From a bacterium (lineage in GTDB: Bacteria; Methylomirabilota; Methylomirabilia; CAVQYV01), in NCBI GenBank assembly GCA_043800755.1, contig JAZDMQ010000064.1, forward strand, positions 1 to 15,128: 15,128 nt of DNA, read 5' to 3'. Shown here piece after piece: positions 12,807-15,128 of this stretch (the stretch's first letter is position 1; every line of letters begins with the position of its first letter). The notes under the pieces are model-generated. The model was not told the origin of the DNA. It saw nothing but the letters and a program-made list of their open reading frames with translations, and did no database searches. Position numbers and translations under genes: made by a program.

Positions 12807-12835
12807 GCCCAATTCAGAAAGCGAGGAGATTCTTC

Positions 12836-13612
12836 ATGCGATTGCAAGGAAAGGTTTCCATCATCACCGGCGCCGGCTCCGGCTTGGGAAAAGGGATTGC
12901 CCTGGTTTTTGCCCGCGAGGGAAGCAAGGTGGTGGTCGCCGAGATCCAGGAGGAGTCCGGACAGGCGGTCTCCCGGCAGATCAAGGCCGAGGGAGGGGAA
13001 GCTCTCTTTCTGCGGACCGACATCACCCGGGCCTCCGAGGTGGAGAAGATGGTAGAAGAGACGCTCAAGGCCCACGGTCGAATTGATGTCCTGGTCAATA
13101 ACGCCGGGATTAACCCCTCTCGCACCCCGGTCCACGAGACCTCAGAGGAGGCCTGGGATCAGACCCTGGCGGTCAACCTCAAGGGAGCCTTCCTCTGCTC
13201 CAAATATGTGCTGCCGACGATGATGAAACAGGGAGGGGGCTCCATCATCCATGTTGCCTCGGTGGTGGGGGGCATGGGCTGCTCGGATCGCGCCGCCTAC
13301 TCCGCTTCCAAGGGCGGGATGATCGCCCTGGCCCGCAACATGGCCGTGGATTATGCCCACTATGGGATCCGGGTCAATTCCCTCTCCCCCGGCTTTGTGG
13401 AGACTGATCTGACGCGCATTTATTTTAATAAGATGCGGGAGACCGATCCTAAGAAGTTGGAGCGAATCATCGGCCATCACCCCATGGGCCGGCTAGGAAA
13501 GCCGGAGGACGAGGCCTACGCGGCGCTCTTTTTGGCCTCCGACGAGTCCCCCTGGGTTACCGGACTGGACATGGCAGTGGACGGCGGATTCCTCCACTGC
13601 AAGACGATATAG
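12836..13612 (+). CDS. Classical SDR, paralog 2, 258 aa
   Basis: TGAGSGLG, NNAG, VAS, YSASK, PGFVET, VDGG; GAGGAG SD upstream; about 65% identical to paralog 1 by manual alignment. Confidence 0.95.
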   Translation: MRLQGKVSIITGAGSGLGKGIALVFAREGSKVVVAEIQEESGQAVSRQIKAEGGEALFLRTDITRASEVEKMVEETLKAHGRIDVLVNNAGINPSRTPVHETSEEAWDQTLAVNLKGAFLCSKYVLPTMMKQGGGSIIHVASVVGGMGCSDRAAYSASKGGMIALARNMAVDYAHYGIRVNSLSPGFVETDLTRIYFNKMRETDPKKLERIIGHHPMGRLGKPEDEAYAALFLASDESPWVTGLDMAVDGGFLHCKTI

Positions 13613-13696
13613 GCCTCTGGGATAAGAGTCGTGCAGGATCTTTTAACCGATGGAGGGGCGACAGACAAGGTCCCATCCCATCAGGAGGGTCAGGCA

Positions 13697-14914
13697 ATGG
13701 CGATTCGAAGAATTGGAATTATCACCAGCGGCGGGGATTGCGGCGGGCTGAACGCGGTCATCAAGGGGGCGACCCTGGCCGGCTTGAGGTGCGGTTTGCA
13801 TTCCTATGTCATCCCCAATGGCTATGCCGGGCTCTACAACCTGGTGGAGATGTCCTCCCTGGTCCTACTGACCCAGGAGAGGATCGATTCCTTGAATATT
13901 GGGGCCGCTGGCTCTGAAGCAGGCCACTCCCGGGTCAGCGTGCAGAAAATCCCTGACCCTCAAAAGTATCAGCGCATCAAGGCAGGCCTGGAGAAGTTCG
14001 AGATCGACGCCCTGATCATCAGCGGGGGAAACGATACCGGATCTGTCATGGTGGATCTGACCGAGCACGGAATCCCCTGCATCCACGCCCCCAAGACCAT
14101 GGACCTGGACCTCAACCCCTATAGCGTGGGAGGGGACTCGGCGATCAACCGCATCGTCTACTTCGTCAGCGCCCTGAAGACGACCGGCCGAACCCACAAT
14201 CGGATCATGGTCACCGAGGTCTTCGGGCGGTATTCCGGACATACCGCATTTCGAGGAGGGGTGGCGGCCGATGCGGACTGCATCCTGATCCCCGAGGTCC
14301 CGGTTGATCTGGACATCGTCTTCGGCGACATCAAGAGACGCTTTTTTAAACGGGTGCTCGATAGCGACATCAAGGCCGGGACCTATACCATCGTGGTCGC
14401 TGAGGGAATCAAGACCGCCTCCGGGGAAGAGTTGGTGGATGAGAGCGCGGGCCCGGATGCCTTCGGGCATAAGCGACTGGCCGGGGCTGGCCGTTATGTG
14501 GCCCAGGAGATTACCAAGAGGCTGAAGGCCGATCCGGAGACCAAAGAATTCATGAAGGCCTCCGGGATGTATGTGGAGGACCTCTACGAGATCCCCGAGG
14601 TGAGGGATGTCCGCCCCAGCCACCTCGTCCGCTCTGGATTCACCTCGGCCTACGATGTCAATTTCGGCCTGGAGGTGGGGGCTGCCGCGGTCATGCTGGC
14701 CCTGAGGGGCGTCTTTGGGGTAACGGTCATCAAGGTGGAGGGGAAGGAGATCTTCTATCAGCCCACCGCCGAGGCGATCGCCCAGCGCTTTGTGGATCTC
14801 GATCAGGTGGCCTTCTACGAGAATCTCGGCTTCTGCTTTGGCCGAAACCCCGCACCCCTCCCCTGCGAGCCCAAGCTCTGCGAATCGAGGGGCCGGGTCT
14901 GCCGCATCTATTGA
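13697..14914 (+). CDS. PfkA-superfamily 6-phosphofructokinase, divergent, probably PPi-dependent, 405 aa
   Basis: IGIITSGGDCGGLNAVI, SGGNDT, PKTMDLD, EVFGR, ILIPE, IVVAEG, DAFGH. Start moved to ATG 13697 (AGGAGG at 13683-13688). Confidence 0.88.
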   Translation: MAIRRIGIITSGGDCGGLNAVIKGATLAGLRCGLHSYVIPNGYAGLYNLVEMSSLVLLTQERIDSLNIGAAGSEAGHSRVSVQKIPDPQKYQRIKAGLEKFEIDALIISGGNDTGSVMVDLTEHGIPCIHAPKTMDLDLNPYSVGGDSAINRIVYFVSALKTTGRTHNRIMVTEVFGRYSGHTAFRGGVAADADCILIPEVPVDLDIVFGDIKRRFFKRVLDSDIKAGTYTIVVAEGIKTASGEELVDESAGPDAFGHKRLAGAGRYVAQEITKRLKADPETKEFMKASGMYVEDLYEIPEVRDVRPSHLVRSGFTSAYDVNFGLEVGAAAVMLALRGVFGVTVIKVEGKEIFYQPTAEAIAQRFVDLDQVAFYENLGFCFGRNPAPLPCEPKLCESRGRVCRIY

Positions 14915-14943
14915 GGTACCCTGGCCTCCCCTCGGGACAATCT

Positions 14944-15128
14944 ATGAAAGATCATCCCTCGCTGTCCTCCCCAGGAACCGTCACCCTCATGGGCTCCGGG
15001 GAGATGACCGATCCCATGAGCAAAGTCTACCGGACGGTGATCTCCAAGATCTCCGGGCCGGTGCAGGCCATCTTCCTGGATACCCCTGCCGGGTTTCAGC
15101 TCAATGCGGATGAGATCTCCTCCCGGGC
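14944..15128 (+). CDS. N-terminus of a class I glutamine amidotransferase-like / peptidase S51-like protein (runs off the window)
   Basis: Not in the ORF track. Reads MKDHPSLSSPGTVTLMGSGEMTDPMSKVYRTVISKISGPVQAIFLDTPAGFQLNADEISSR... with host-like codon usage. The LMGSGE and LDTPAGFQLN motifs are recalled from an uncharacterised cyanophycinase-like family. Catalytic residues are not visible. Confidence 0.6.
   Translation, partial: MKDHPSLSSPGTVTLMGSGEMTDPMSKVYRTVISKISGPVQAIFLDTPAGFQLNADEISSR

Noticed and set aside
13640-13670. CTTTTAA upstream of pfk resembling the 5' part of the PyrR motif
   Set aside because: No CNGNGA hexaloop or GAGGYU-containing upper stem follows, so it is not a PyrR site.
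14886-14934. GC-rich inverted repeat spanning the pfk stop
   Set aside because: Imperfect, with a large loop and no U tract; plausible by chance at this GC content.

Overview
GC-rich bacterial chromosomal region with every credible gene on the + strand. In order: the 3' end of a Phd/YefM-type antitoxin, an aldo/keto reductase, and a de novo pyrimidine operon pyrR-pyrB-pyrC-carA-carB-pyrK-pyrD (no pyrP, pyrI, pyrE or pyrF in the cluster). A second promoter then precedes an arylamine N-acetyltransferase-like gene, a DUF4416-like gene, two tandem paralogous SDRs, an atypical (probably PPi-type) phosphofructokinase and the start of a GATase-1/peptidase S51-like gene. The most interesting signal is the pyr leader (1168-1359). 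It has a sigma70 promoter with a palindromic spacer and a PyrR-binding hairpin whose 3' arm overlaps the Shine-Dalgarno (SD) of a 39-codon leader ORF absent from the ORF track. That ORF reads through an intrinsic terminator and ends in an ATGA overlap with the pyrR start. This suggests PyrR-gated, ribosome-coupled attenuation rather than, or in addition to, the Bacillus RNA-only antiterminator switch. All family assignments come from motif recognition by eye; no searches were run.
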